Source: an uncultured Actinomycetota bacterium (GTDB lineage: Bacteria; Actinomycetota; Actinomycetes; Propionibacteriales; Nocardioidaceae). Taken from it: DNA of 64,000 nt. Numbering within the stretch: the first letter of the stretch is position 1; every line of letters begins with the position of its first letter. The notes under the pieces were generated by a model. That model was not told the DNA's origin. It saw only the letters and a program-made list of their open reading frames with translations, and searched no databases. Positions 43,700 to 56,767 of the stretch are shown here, piece after piece. The translations under genes and the position numbers were made by a program. Location of the stretch: the NCBI GenBank assembly GCA_963762105.1, contig CAVXJG010000012.1, positions 32,922-96,921 of the forward strand, given 5' to 3'.

Positions 43700-45519
43700 G
43701 GAAGGCTGAGGTGGCCCACGAGGAAGGCGATCGCGGCGGGATAGGCGTCGAGCCGGTTGGCGCGCTTGGCCAGCCCGTGGCCCTCGTCGGCGTACACCCG
43801 CAGCTCGCAGTCGACGCCCTTGTCGTCGAGAGCGGCCTTGATCTGCTCGGCCTCCGACAGCGGGACCCGCGGGTCGTTGGCGCCGTGGATGACGAAGAGC
43901 GGCGCCACCATGTCGTCGAGGTAGGTGAGCGGTGAGGCCTTGACGAGGAAGTCGTAGTGGCGGTCGAGGAAGCCGTACTCGCGCTCGCGGTAGGCGCGGC
44001 GGTAGGCCGAGGTGTTCTCCAGGAACGTCACCAGCGAGGAGATGCCGACGATGTCCACGCCGGCCGCCCAGCGCTCGGGCTGCATCGCGACGCCCGCGAG
44101 CACCATGTAGCCGCCGTAGGAGCCGCCCCACAGCGCGGACCGGCTCGGGTCGAGACCGATCGTCGGCAGCCAGTCGTGGATGGCGGCGAGGTCGGCGACG
44201 GAGTCGAGACGCAGCTCGATGTCGTCGAGGGACAGCCAGCGCTTCCCGTAGCCGGCCGAGCCGCGCACGTTGGGCACCAGCACGTCGAAGCCGGCGAGGG
44301 CCAGCGCCTGGAGCACCGGCGAGAACATCCGGATGGCCTCGCTCTCCGGCCCGCCGTGGACGTGCACCACCGACGCGCCGCGCACTGAAGAATCGGCAGG
44401 GGCGGCGTAGCGGAAGCACGGGACCTGCTCGCCGTCGGGCGTCGGCACGCGGTGCACGTCCGGCGTGACCAGGCGGTCGCGGAGGTCGGCGGGCAGCGTG
44501 GCGCGACCGTCGACCAGGCGGGTGACCGCGCCGGTGGTGGCGTCCACGCTGAGGATCGAACCGGGATCGGTCGGCGTCATCGCGGTGACCACGAAGCGGG
44601 AGCCGTCGGTGGCCCAGCGCATGGAGACGGGTACGACGGGTGGCAGGTCGACGTCGACGCGGTGCGTGCCGTCGGCCTCGTGCACGGCCAGGGTGTCGAG
44701 GCCGTCGACGTGGTGGGAGACGACGATCGCCGACGCGTCCCGCGAGAGCACGCCACCCACGTCGTGACCGTCGTGCGCAACCAGGACCGACCAGGTGCCG
44801 TCGAGGCCGAGGCGATGAACGGCCTGGAGGTCGCGGTCGTGGTCGGACACCACCACCAGGCCGGCGTCGTCTGCGGCCCACCCGCTGACGAGGTGCTGCG
44901 CGTGCTCGTCGGGGCTGGTCACGGCGGCCGAGCCCGCAGGCCCGGCCACGGAGACGACCGTGCCGTGCGGCTGCAGGCTCAGCGCGGTGACTGCGACCGA
45001 CGACTCGTCGTGGGAGACAGAGGTGAGCACGACGTAGCCGCCGTCGTCGAAGACGACCGTCTCTTCACCGGAGTCGAGGTCGCGCACGACGATGTCCATG
45101 TCGACGTTGTTGCGCCGGTTGGTGGAGTAGATCAGCGAGGTCGACGTGACGTCGTGGAGGACGTTCATGTGGTCGGCGTCCTGCACGACCGGCGCGAGGT
45201 CGTCGAGGCGCGCCGGCCGGTCGAGTGGCCGAGAGAGGTCGAGCAAGGAGATCTGCCACTTCTCGTCGCCGCCGGAGTCGTGCTCGACCAGCACCTGCCG
45301 GCGGCCGGGGATGTAGCGCCCCGCACAGCGCGACGGCAGGTCGGTCAGCGGCGTCGTGCTTCCATCTGGTGCGATCTCGACCAGCTGGAGGCTGCCGAGG
45401 TCGTCGTGGGCGGCCAGCACGCGACCCTCGTCGTCGATGTCGAGCGCGATCCAGGTCCGCACGTCGAGCAGGGCGCGGACGGTCTCGGCGATGGCCTCGG
45501 GGCTCACCTCTGGGCTCAT
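43690..45519 (-). CDS. S9 family peptidase (prolyl oligopeptidase/acylaminoacyl peptidase)
   Basis: HGGPE, GGSYGG, HGANDPRV, DEGHG. Confidence 0.92.
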   Translation of the reverse strand: MSPEVSPEAIAETVRALLDVRTWIALDIDDEGRVLAAHDDLGSLQLVEIAPDGSTTPLTDLPSRCAGRYIPGRRQVLVEHDSGGDEKWQISLLDLSRPLDRPARLDDLAPVVQDADHMNVLHDVTSTSLIYSTNRRNNVDMDIVVRDLDSGEETVVFDDGGYVVLTSVSHDESSVAVTALSLQPHGTVVSVAGPAGSAAVTSPDEHAQHLVSGWAADDAGLVVVSDHDRDLQAVHRLGLDGTWSVLVAHDGHDVGGVLSRDASAIVVSHHVDGLDTLAVHEADGTHRVDVDLPPVVPVSMRWATDGSRFVVTAMTPTDPGSILSVDATTGAVTRLVDGRATLPADLRDRLVTPDVHRVPTPDGEQVPCFRYAAPADSSVRGASVVHVHGGPESEAIRMFSPVLQALALAGFDVLVPNVRGSAGYGKRWLSLDDIELRLDSVADLAAIHDWLPTIGLDPSRSALWGGSYGGYMVLAGVAMQPERWAAGVDIVGISSLVTFLENTSAYRRAYREREYGFLDRHYDFLVKASPLTYLDDMVAPLFVIHGANDPRVPLSEAEQIKAALDDKGVDCELRVYADEGHGLAKRANRLDAYPAAIAFLVGHLSLPGG

Positions 45520-45611
45520 TTCGGCGACGCTAGCACCGGCCCTCGATGCCGGGGACGGCGGTGAAACCTGGCAGACTCGCCCGCACACGAAGGACGAGGG
45601 AGTGATCTCGG

Positions 45612-45806
45612 ATGTGCCGACCGGTGCGGTGCCAGACCTGCGGGCTGGTCACGTGGGCGGGTTGCGGCGACCACGTGGACGAGGTCCGCGCGGTGGTGCC
45701 CGACGACCAGTGGTGCCCCGGCCACGACGCCGAAACGCAGGACCATCACACAGGCCACGACCACCAGCACGAGGGCGGGTTCTTCTCCCGCGTGCTGCGT
45801 CGCTGA
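45612..45806 (+). CDS. Small Cys/His-rich conserved-type hypothetical protein
   Basis: MCRPVRCQTCGLVTWAGCGDHV...WCPGH; RBS gagggag. Confidence 0.7.
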   Translation: MCRPVRCQTCGLVTWAGCGDHVDEVRAVVPDDQWCPGHDAETQDHHTGHDHQHEGGFFSRVLRR

Positions 45807-45808
45807 CG

Positions 45809-46597
45809 TCAGGTCAGTCGCCGGACCCCTCGCTGGGCAACCGCGAAGACGCGGCGGAACGGCAGCACGACGCCGGCAGGTCCGGGCGGGTACGCCGCCC
45901 GCAGGCGGGCCTTGAACTCCGCCTCGAAGTCCTCGCGCAGCCCGGGAGGCAGCGCCTGCAGGGTGGGTCGGGCGCCGGTGCCGGACACCCAGGTGAACAC
46001 CGGGTCCTCGCCGGTCAGCACGTGCAGGTAGGTCGTCTCCCATGCGTCGACCTCGCAGCCGAGACCGGCCAGCGTCTCGAGGTAGACGGCCGGGTCGTGC
46101 GAGGACGGCACCGCGACGACGCCGCGGGTGTGGTCGGCGTACGCCGCCTCGGCGGCCAGTTCGCTGCGGATGGTGTGGCTGGGCGCGTCGAAGTTGCCCG
46201 GCACCTGGAACGCCAGCCAGCCCCCCGGCGCGACCCGGCCCACGAGGCCGGGCAGCAGGTCGAGGTGGCCCGGGATCCACTGGAGCGTCGCGTTGGAGAC
46301 CAGCACGTCGACGGGCTCGCCACCGTCGGTCACCCAGTCGCGCAGGTCGGCGACCCGGAAGTCGATGGGGCCCGGCTCCGCCCGCGCTCGCTCGATCATC
46401 TCGGGGCTGGAGTCGAGGCCCTCGACGGCAGCGGCCGGCCATCGCTCGGTGAGCAGCCGGGTCAGGTTGCCCGGCCCGCAGCCGAGGTCGACCACCAGAC
46501 CGGGGTCGGCCGCGCCGATGCGGGCGATGAGCTCGACGAAGGGGCGACCCCGCTCGTCGGCGTACGTCAGGTAGCGCTCCGGGTCCCAGCGGTGCAT
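45809..46597 (-). CDS. tam: Trans-aconitate methyltransferase
   Basis: WDPERY...ERGRPF, VDLGCGPGN, SNATLQW, QVPGN, GTGARP, FRRVF. Confidence 0.88.
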   Translation of the reverse strand: MHRWDPERYLTYADERGRPFVELIARIGAADPGLVVDLGCGPGNLTRLLTERWPAAAVEGLDSSPEMIERARAEPGPIDFRVADLRDWVTDGGEPVDVLVSNATLQWIPGHLDLLPGLVGRVAPGGWLAFQVPGNFDAPSHTIRSELAAEAAYADHTRGVVAVPSSHDPAVYLETLAGLGCEVDAWETTYLHVLTGEDPVFTWVSGTGARPTLQALPPGLREDFEAEFKARLRAAYPPGPAGVVLPFRRVFAVAQRGVRRLT

Positions 46598-46607
46598 CAC
46601 GGTCCTT

Positions 46608-46664
46608 TGTCTTGACATCGAGATAATTCCTATCCTCCGACGGGGGTGTCTCGATGTCAAGAAT
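46608..46664. promoter_or_regulatory. Two palindromic MarR (TamR-type) operators
   Basis: tgtcttgacatcgagata (46608-46625) and tgtctcgatgtcaagaat (46647-46664) in the divergent tam-marR gap. Confidence 0.75.
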
Positions 46665-46693
46665 CTTGACCAAATCGAGTAGGATCCCGGGTC

Positions 46694-47179
46694 ATGCGCG
46701 ACGAAGTCGACGAGCTGGCCGAGTCCTGGGCCCGCGAGCGCCCCGACCTCGACCTGGCCCCGGTCGCCGTGTTCAGCCGGATCAGCCGGCTGGCCCGGCA
46801 CCTCGACCTGGCCCGTCGTGCGGCGTTCACCGCCCACGACATCGAGTCGTGGGAGTTCGACGTGCTGGCCGCGCTGCGCCGCACCGGGGCGCCGTACGAG
46901 CTGTCACCGGGGCGCTTGCTGCGCGAGACGCTGGTCACCAGCGGCACGATGACCAACAGGGTCGACCGGCTGGCCGCGCGGGGTCTGGTCGAGCGTTACC
47001 CCGACCCCGACGACCGCCGCGGCGTGATCGTTCGGCTCACACCCGAGGGCAAGGTCACCGTCGACGGCGCCTTTGCGGCGCTCCTCGATGCCGAGCGCGA
47101 GCTGCTCGCCGACCTGCCCGAGCGAGACCGCACCAAGCTCGCCTCCCTGCTGCGCTCCCTCCTCGCCCCCTACGCCTGA
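46694..47179 (+). CDS. tamR: MarR family regulator (TamR/UrtR-type)
   Basis: W.RERPDLD, WEFDVLAALRR, SGTMTNRVDRL, DRRG; divergent from tam. Confidence 0.8.
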   Translation: MRDEVDELAESWARERPDLDLAPVAVFSRISRLARHLDLARRAAFTAHDIESWEFDVLAALRRTGAPYELSPGRLLRETLVTSGTMTNRVDRLAARGLVERYPDPDDRRGVIVRLTPEGKVTVDGAFAALLDAERELLADLPERDRTKLASLLRSLLAPYA

Positions 47180-47235
47180 CGGGGACTGACAACTCGCGTC
47201 GCGGGGCGAACAATTCGGTTCGGGAGGTATCGGCC

Positions 47236-48039
47236 ATGGACGAGCAGCACTACCTGATTCGTGGCGGCGTCGAAGGCCGAGAGCGACTGAGGGTCTTGGG
47301 ACGCGTCATGCGGCCGACCACGCTTCCCCTTCTGGAGAGAGCAGGGGTCACCGCGGGCCTGCGCTGCCTCGATGTCGGGTGCGGTGGAGGCGACGTGACC
47401 TTCGACCTCGCGTCGCTCGTCGGGATCACGGGGTCGGTCGTCGGCGTCGACCTCGACGCGACGAAGATCGGCCTGGCTCGCGGCGACGCCGAGCACGAGC
47501 AGATCACCAACGTCGAGTTCCGGGTGGCCGACCTGGCCGACGGTCTCGGCGAGGACGAGTACGACGTGGTCTACGCCCGTTTCGTGCTGACCCACCTCCG
47601 GGACCCGGCAGCTGGGCTCCTACAGATGACGCGGGCACTTCGACCGGGCGGGCGCTTGATCGTCGAGGACATCGACTACCGCGGATCTTTCTGCCAGCCG
47701 GAGACCGCGACGTTCGGTCGCTACCAGGAGATCTACACATTGACCGCCCAGGCAAACGGTGGCGACCCCCACATCGGCACACGACTGCCGCTGCTGCTGA
47801 TCGGGGCCGGCCTCGAGCGGGTCCAGCCCAATGTCGTACAGCCGGCCGGGCTCGAGGGCGAGGTGAAGATCATGCCGGCGCTCACGCTCGAGAACATCAA
47901 GACCATGGCCGTCCGCCACCAGGTCGCGACCGGCGAGGAGATCGACCGCCTGGTCGAGGAGCTCTATGCCCTCGCTCGCGATCCGAGGACGTTCATCGGC
48001 AATCCACGGATGGTCCAGGTCTGGGGCGAGAAGGCCTGA
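47236..48039 (+). CDS. Class I SAM-dependent methyltransferase
   Basis: LDVGCGGG, DVVYARFVL.HL, LRPGG. Confidence 0.88.
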   Translation: MDEQHYLIRGGVEGRERLRVLGRVMRPTTLPLLERAGVTAGLRCLDVGCGGGDVTFDLASLVGITGSVVGVDLDATKIGLARGDAEHEQITNVEFRVADLADGLGEDEYDVVYARFVLTHLRDPAAGLLQMTRALRPGGRLIVEDIDYRGSFCQPETATFGRYQEIYTLTAQANGGDPHIGTRLPLLLIGAGLERVQPNVVQPAGLEGEVKIMPALTLENIKTMAVRHQVATGEEIDRLVEELYALARDPRTFIGNPRMVQVWGEKA

Positions 48040-48042
48040 CCG

Positions 48043-49847
<1,805 letters not shown>

Positions 49848-49848
<1 letters not shown>

Positions 49849-50804
49849 CAGGCCCCGCTCGTCACATCGGGCCCGAGCACGTGCGCCCCTGCGACGGGTC
49901 CGTTGGCCACCAGGACCACCCCGCGGTCCTCGGCCTGGAGCGCGTCGGCCACGGCCCGGGCGCCGTCGGCGGAGTCGCACAGGAACAGCACCGTGGGGCC
50001 CGATCCCGACACCAGGCCGCGCAACGCACCCTCGACCTCGCCGCGGGTGATCAGGTCGCCCAGCTCGGGCCGCAGGTCGAGCGCGGCCGCCTCCAGGTCG
50101 TTGTGCAGGGCGGCGGCAAGCCGCTCGGGCACGCCGGACGCCAGCGCCATCAGCACCCCGGCCGAGCTCGCCGGGGTCTCAGGAGCGTCGGGGAACATCT
50201 CGTCGAAGCGCTCGTAGACCGCCGGCGTCGACAGCCCCTCGAGGGACGGCACGACCACCCACCACCAGGTCGACAGGTCGGGGACCGGCCGGAGCAGGTC
50301 GCCGCGGCCGGTCCCGTGGGCAGTGCCGCCCACCAACAAGAACGGCACGTCGCTGCCCAACCTGGCCGCCAGCAGCAGCAGCTCCGGGTCGTCCGTGCCA
50401 AGCGCCCACAGGCGGTCCAGGGCGACGAGCGTCGCGGCTGCGTCGGCGGACCCGCCCGCCATTCCCCCAGCCACGGGGATCCGCTTCTGGACGAGCAGGT
50501 CGACGGCCGCCAGCCCGAGCGGGTCCTGCGCAGTCGCCGCCAGCAGCCGCGCCGCGTGGGCGACGATGTTGTCGTCGGCGTCGGGCAGCACCACGTCCCC
50601 GAGGTACGACGCCGACTCCACCACCACCGCACCGCGACCGTCGCTGGCCCGCACGTCGTCGTAGAGCCCGACCGCCTGGAACACGGTGTCGAGTGGGTGG
50701 AAGCCGTCCGTGCGGCGAGCGCCCACGCCCAGGTGCAGGTTGACCTTGGCCGGCGCCCGGACGGTGATCGATCGCTGCGGCTCCGGCGTCAGACCCGCGC
50801 TCAT
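49848..50804 (-). CDS. ispE: 4-(cytidine 5'-diphospho)-2-C-methyl-D-erythritol kinase
   Basis: [34 protein letters not shown]. Confidence 0.95.
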
Positions 50805-51655
50805 GCCAGCGCCTCGGCGATCCGGGCGAAGTCGGTGATGCCCAGCGACTCGCCCCGCGCGAGCGGCTCGACACCGGCCTTCTCGAGAGCGGCCGAGGCC
50901 GCCTCGGTCGAGCCGGCCAGCTCGCGCAGGGAACCGCGGAGGCCCTTGCGCCGGTGGGCGAACGCAGCGTCGATGACGGCGAAGACCTCCTCGCGCGTGG
51001 CCGATGTGGCCGGCGGGTCGCGTCGCTCCCAGGCCACCAGGCCCGAGTCGACGTTGGGCTCGGGCCAGAACACGTGGCGCCCGACGGTGCCGGCGCGGCG
51101 TACGTCGGCGAACCAGGCGGCCTTGGCCGACGGCACGCCGTAGACCTTGGAGCCGGGTGGGGCGGCCAGCCGCGCCGCCACCTCCGACTGCACCATCACC
51201 AGCCCGCGCTCCAGTGAAGGCAGCAGGACCATCAGGTGCAGCAGCACGGGCACCGAGACGTTGTAGGGCAGGTTGGCCACCAGCGCGGTCGGCGGCGGGC
51301 CGGGCAGCGTCGAGACGCGCAGCGCGTCGGCGGTGACGACCTCCAGCCGGTCGGCCTGGTCGGGCGCCATCTCGGCCACCGTCGACGGCAGCAGCGAGGC
51401 CAGCCGGACGTCGATCTCGATGGCGACCACGCGGGCCGCCACCTCGAGCAGGGCCAGGGTCAGCGAGCCGAGGCCGGGCCCCACCTCGAGGACCACGTCA
51501 TCCGGCCCGACTCCGGACTCCCGGACGATCCGACGCACGGTGTTGGCGTCGATGACGAAGTTCTGGCCGCGCTGCTTGGTCGGCCGCAGGTCCAGATGTG
51601 CCGCCAACGCACGAACCTCCACCGGCCCGAGGAGTCTCGGACCGGTGGAGGACAT
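50801..51655 (-). CDS. rsmA: 16S rRNA dimethyltransferase RsmA/KsgA
   Basis: [32 protein letters not shown]. Confidence 0.96.
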   Translation of the reverse strand: MSSTGPRLLGPVEVRALAAHLDLRPTKQRGQNFVIDANTVRRIVRESGVGPDDVVLEVGPGLGSLTLALLEVAARVVAIEIDVRLASLLPSTVAEMAPDQADRLEVVTADALRVSTLPGPPPTALVANLPYNVSVPVLLHLMVLLPSLERGLVMVQSEVAARLAAPPGSKVYGVPSAKAAWFADVRRAGTVGRHVFWPEPNVDSGLVAWERRDPPATSATREEVFAVIDAAFAHRRKGLRGSLRELAGSTEAASAALEKAGVEPLARGESLGITDFARIAEALA

Positions 51656-51674
51656 GAGAGTCAATCTAACGAGG

Positions 51675-51713
51675 GGTCTCGACACGCTCGCTGCGCTCGC
51701 GGCTCGACCACCG
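51675..51713 (+). repeat. REP-like repeat between rpfB and rsmA
   Basis: ggtctcgacacgctcgctgcgctcgcggctcgaccaccg. Confidence 0.85.
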
Positions 51714-51722
51714 ATCCTGCCG

Positions 51723-53003
<1,281 letters not shown>

Positions 53004-53888
53004 CTACCAGGGACCGCCGAACGCGGTTTCGGTGTTGGCGTCGACCGCCGCACAGAGGGTCTCCAGGTCCTCCCCGCGGACCTCGGCCATCGCCCGCATC
53101 GTGTGCGGCACCAGGTACGACGCGTTGGGGCGGCCGCGCCACGGCACGGGCGTCAGGAAGGGCGCGTCGGTCTCCACCAGCACCCGATCACGCGGCACCA
53201 CGACCAGCGCGTTGCGCAGCGGCTGGGCGTTCTTGAACGTGACGGTGCCGGCGAAGCTCAGGTAGGCGCCGCGGTCCAGGCACGCGCGGGCGAAGTCGAC
53301 GTCGCCGGAGAAGCAGTGCATCACCCAACGTTCGGGGGCACCCTCCTCGTCGATGATCGCCAGCACCGCTTCGTGGGCGTCGCGGTCGTGGATCACCAGG
53401 GTCTTGTCGAGCCGCTTGGCCAGGTCGACGTGGCGGCGGAACGACTCCGCCTGCGCGGCCCTTCCCTCGGGTCCGGTGCGGTAGCTGTCGAGCCCGGTCT
53501 CCCCCACCGCCCGCACCTTGTCGTGGACGGTGGCCAGCCGCTCGATCTCCGCCAGCGCCTCCTCCAGCTGCCCGGCCGCGGCCAGCCTCGGGGCCTCGTT
53601 GGGATGGAGCGCGACGCCGGCGACCAGGGCGTCGTACGACGCCGCGGCCTCGACCGCCCAGCGAGCGCCGGGCAGGTCGCAGCCGATCTGCACGATCCGC
53701 GGCACGCCAACCGAGGCCGACGCGGCCAGCGCCTCGTCGGTGGTCAGCCACTCGCCGTCTGCGATGTCGAGGTGGCAGTGGTTGTCGACGACGGGATGGG
53801 GCAGCGGTTCGGGCAGCGGGGGCCGCTCCCGGTCGCGACGGGCGCCGTCGTCGGTGGTGGCCGCCCGGCTCCTCGTTGGCTCTTCCAC
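53004..53888 (-). CDS. tatD: TatD family deoxyribonuclease
   Basis: DNHCH, HPNE, VGETGLD, IHDR, HCFSG, VETDAP. Confidence 0.92.
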   Translation of the reverse strand: MEEPTRSRAATTDDGARRDRERPPLPEPLPHPVVDNHCHLDIADGEWLTTDEALAASASVGVPRIVQIGCDLPGARWAVEAAASYDALVAGVALHPNEAPRLAAAGQLEEALAEIERLATVHDKVRAVGETGLDSYRTGPEGRAAQAESFRRHVDLAKRLDKTLVIHDRDAHEAVLAIIDEEGAPERWVMHCFSGDVDFARACLDRGAYLSFAGTVTFKNAQPLRNALVVVPRDRVLVETDAPFLTPVPWRGRPNASYLVPHTMRAMAEVRGEDLETLCAAVDANTETAFGGPW

Positions 53889-53927
53889 CCGGTTCAACCT
53901 AGCGTCGGACCCACGGATGTACCCGGC

Positions 53928-54019
53928 CGCTGGTTGAGGAAGGCGCGCTCGCGCCTGTCTCGAAACCAAGGCCACTCGGGTGGTTTCGAGACGGGCCCGA
54001 GGGCCCTCCTCAACCAGCG
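53928..54019. repeat. Inverted pair of REP-like repeats; the second supplies the rsmI stop codon
   Basis: cgctggttgaggaagg...tctcgaaacc / ggtttcgagacgggccc...ctcctcaaccagcg. Confidence 0.88.
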
Positions 54020-54862
54020 GTGTGGCGGTGCACGGCGTCGTACGCCACCCGCTTCGGTACGCCGGCCGACCGGGCCACCTCGGCGATCGCGGCCTTGCGG
54101 GGCGTGCCGGCCGCCTCGAGGTCGGCCACCGCTGCCCGCAGCTCGTCCGGCGAGGAGCCGAGCGTCGGCCCGGCCGGGGCGCCGGCGACCACGAGCGTGA
54201 CCTCGCCCCGCACGCCCTCGGCAGCCCAGACCACCAGCTCGGCGAGCGGCCCGCGGCGTACCTCCTCGTGCGTCTTGGTCAGCTCTCGGCACACGGCAGC
54301 GGCCCGGTCGTCGCCGAACGCCTCCGCCAGGGCGGTCAGGGCCGCTTCGGTCCGGTGCGGCGCCTCGAAGAACACCATCGTCCGCGGCTCGGTCGCCAGC
54401 TCGGTCAGCCGACGCGACCGCTCGCCGGCCTTGCGAGGCAGGAACCCCTCGAAGCAGAACCTGTCGACCGGCAATCCCGAGACCGCGAGGGCGGTCAGCA
54501 CCGCCGACGGCCCGGGAACCGCGACCACGTCGATCCCGGCCTCCAGCGCAGCGACCACGAGTCGGTAGCCCGGATCAGAGACGCTGGGCATGCCGGCGTC
54601 GGTGACCAGCAGCACGCGTTCGCCCGGCGAGCATCGCCTCGACCAGCGCGGGCGTGCGGGCCGACTCGTTGCCCTCGAAGTACGACACCACGCGACCGGT
54701 CCGCTGCACGCCGAGGTCGCGCGTCAGCCGGCCCAGCCGGCGGGTGTCCTCGGCGGCCACCACGTCCGCCGTGGCCAGCTCCTCGGCGAGCCGGGGCGAG
54801 GCGTCCGCGACCCGGCCGATCGGGGTCGCCGCCAGCACGAGGACGCCGGGGTCAGGAGGCAC
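54010..54862 (-). CDS. rsmI: 16S rRNA (C1402-2'-O) methyltransferase, frameshift near 54622
   Basis: AATPIG, AAEDTR, DAGMPSVSDPG, FEGFLP, FEAPHR, RELTK. Confidence 0.92.
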
Positions 54863-54897
54863 GGGACGCATCATCCCAGCACGTAAGGTTGCCGACC

Positions 54898-56649
54898 GTG
54901 ACCACCACCGCGCCGCCGGCGTCACCAGCGCCGACCGGCCAGTCGGAGCAGGTCGGGCTCTCGCGCACCGCCGACGGCCAGCCAATCCCGTTGGCCACCG
55001 AACGCAACCGGAAGCGGATCCAGCTCGAGGACCCGTTCATCGGCTGGGTCTCGAGCATCGCCGTCGCGCTGCTGGCACTCTTCCTCCGGCTGTGGAAGCT
55101 GGGGACGCCGCACGAGTTCCTCTTCGACGAGACCTACTACGCCAAGGACGCCTGGTCGCTGCTGCACTTCGGCTACGCACGCAGCTACGTCGACGGCGAC
55201 AAGGCCAACGCCGCCATCCTCGCCGGCCACCCCGACGGTCTGTGGAAGGACTCGGCCTCGATGGCGGTCCACCCCGACGTCGGCAAGTGGCTGATCGCCG
55301 CCGGCGAGAAGGCCTTCGGGATGGATCCCTTCGGCTGGCGGATCGCCGCGGCGATCGTCGGCTCCCTGATGATCCTGGTGATGTGCCGGCTGGTCCGGCG
55401 GCTCACGGGTTCAACGCTGCTGGGTGTGGTGGGCGGCCTGCTGCTGACCTTCGACGGGCTGCAGTACGTGCTCTCCCGCACGGCCCTGCTCGACATCTTC
55501 GTCGCCTTCTTCGTGCTGCTCGCCGTGCACTGCCACGTCGCCGACCACGACTGGTACCGAGCCCGGCTCACCCGCCTCACCGCGTCGAGCGGGGGTCAGA
55601 TCACCACGGGATCCGGCCCGGTCGTCCCGCTGATCTGGCGGCCCTGGCTGATCGCCGCCGGTGTCACATGGGGGCTGGCGTGTGGCACCAAGTGGGAGGC
55701 CGTCTACCCGATGGCCGCCTTCGGGATCATGACGTGGCTGTGGAGCGCCGGTGCCCGGCGCTCGTTCGGCGTGCGTGGCGCGCTGCTGCGCTCGGCCGTC
55801 GTGGACGGCGTACCCGCCTTCTTCAGCGTGATCGGCGTGGCCCTGGTGGTCTACGTCGCGTCGTGGAGTGGGTGGTTGGTCCACGCCCACCAGTACGAGA
55901 AGGACCTGTCGTCCAACCAGTACACGCAGTACACCGGCCAGGGTCACTGCGACGGCACCACCTACGTGTCCGAGCATCCCGACGGCAAGGCTCGCTGGCC
56001 GACCGCCACCGAGCCCGATGCCTCGGGCCCGGGCGAGGTCATCCAGTCGCTGCGGTCGCTCTGGTACTACCACCAGGACGTCTACACGTTCCACACCGAC
56101 TTCCTGAACTGCTCGACCCACATCTACGCATCGAAGCCGTCGGGCTGGCTGCTGCTCAACCGCCCGGTCGGAGTGGACGCCGACACCAAGATCCAGCCGG
56201 GCACCCAGGGCTGCGACGCCCCGGCGGGCACCGACTGCCTGCGGATCATCACGCTGCTCGGCACACCTGCGCTGTGGTGGGGTGGCGCTCTGGCCCTGCT
56301 GGCAGCCGCCGCGCTGTGGGTGGGCGCTCGGGACTGGCGCTTCGGCGTCGCCGTGGTCGGCACCCTGTCGACCTGGCTGCCGTGGCTGCAGTACGACGAC
56401 CGGCCGATCTTCAGCTTCTACGCCGTCCTCACCATCCCGTTCCTGGTGCTGGCGATCACCCTGCTGATGGGCCGGGCGCTGGGGGCCTCGTCGGCACCGA
56501 CCCCGCGCCGTACCGCCGGGGTGATCGTGTCGGGTGCGTTCTTCATGCTCGTGCTACTCAACTTCGCCTGGTTCTGGCCGATCTACACCGACCAGCTGCT
56601 CACTCACCGAGAATGGCTGAACCGGATGTGGTTCAGCCGCTGGATCTAG
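54898..56649 (+). CDS. pmt: Dolichyl-phosphate-mannose-protein mannosyltransferase (GT39)
   Basis: FDETYYAKD, VHP..GKW, FGWR, SRTALLD, TKW; divergent from rsmI. Confidence 0.9.
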   Translation: MTTTAPPASPAPTGQSEQVGLSRTADGQPIPLATERNRKRIQLEDPFIGWVSSIAVALLALFLRLWKLGTPHEFLFDETYYAKDAWSLLHFGYARSYVDGDKANAAILAGHPDGLWKDSASMAVHPDVGKWLIAAGEKAFGMDPFGWRIAAAIVGSLMILVMCRLVRRLTGSTLLGVVGGLLLTFDGLQYVLSRTALLDIFVAFFVLLAVHCHVADHDWYRARLTRLTASSGGQITTGSGPVVPLIWRPWLIAAGVTWGLACGTKWEAVYPMAAFGIMTWLWSAGARRSFGVRGALLRSAVVDGVPAFFSVIGVALVVYVASWSGWLVHAHQYEKDLSSNQYTQYTGQGHCDGTTYVSEHPDGKARWPTATEPDASGPGEVIQSLRSLWYYHQDVYTFHTDFLNCSTHIYASKPSGWLLLNRPVGVDADTKIQPGTQGCDAPAGTDCLRIITLLGTPALWWGGALALLAAAALWVGARDWRFGVAVVGTLSTWLPWLQYDDRPIFSFYAVLTIPFLVLAITLLMGRALGASSAPTPRRTAGVIVSGAFFMLVLLNFAWFWPIYTDQLLTHREWLNRMWFSRWI

Positions 56650-56705
56650 GCGATGGCCCACCCGTGATCGGTCACAGTGGTCTGGACCAGACGCCGTTCT
56701 GAGCG

Positions 56706-56731
56706 GTCAAAAGACAAGAAACTCAGTTCTT
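56706..56731 (+). promoter_or_regulatory. Candidate operator upstream of the XRE-TPR regulator
   Basis: gtcaaaagacaaga matches the motif upstream of the peptide gene at 13/14; overlapping imperfect palindrome caagaa-actcag-ttcttg. Confidence 0.5.
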
Positions 56732-56767
56732 GCCCGAATTCGACTGCCTTCGGTCACAATCGCAAAC

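Noticed and set aside
43650-48000. Misassembly joining the miaB/glu region to the ispE/rsmA region (no recX-recA, no metG)
   Set aside because: No visible junction and the same repeat family continues across it; lineage-specific gene order is a sufficient explanation and cannot be tested here.
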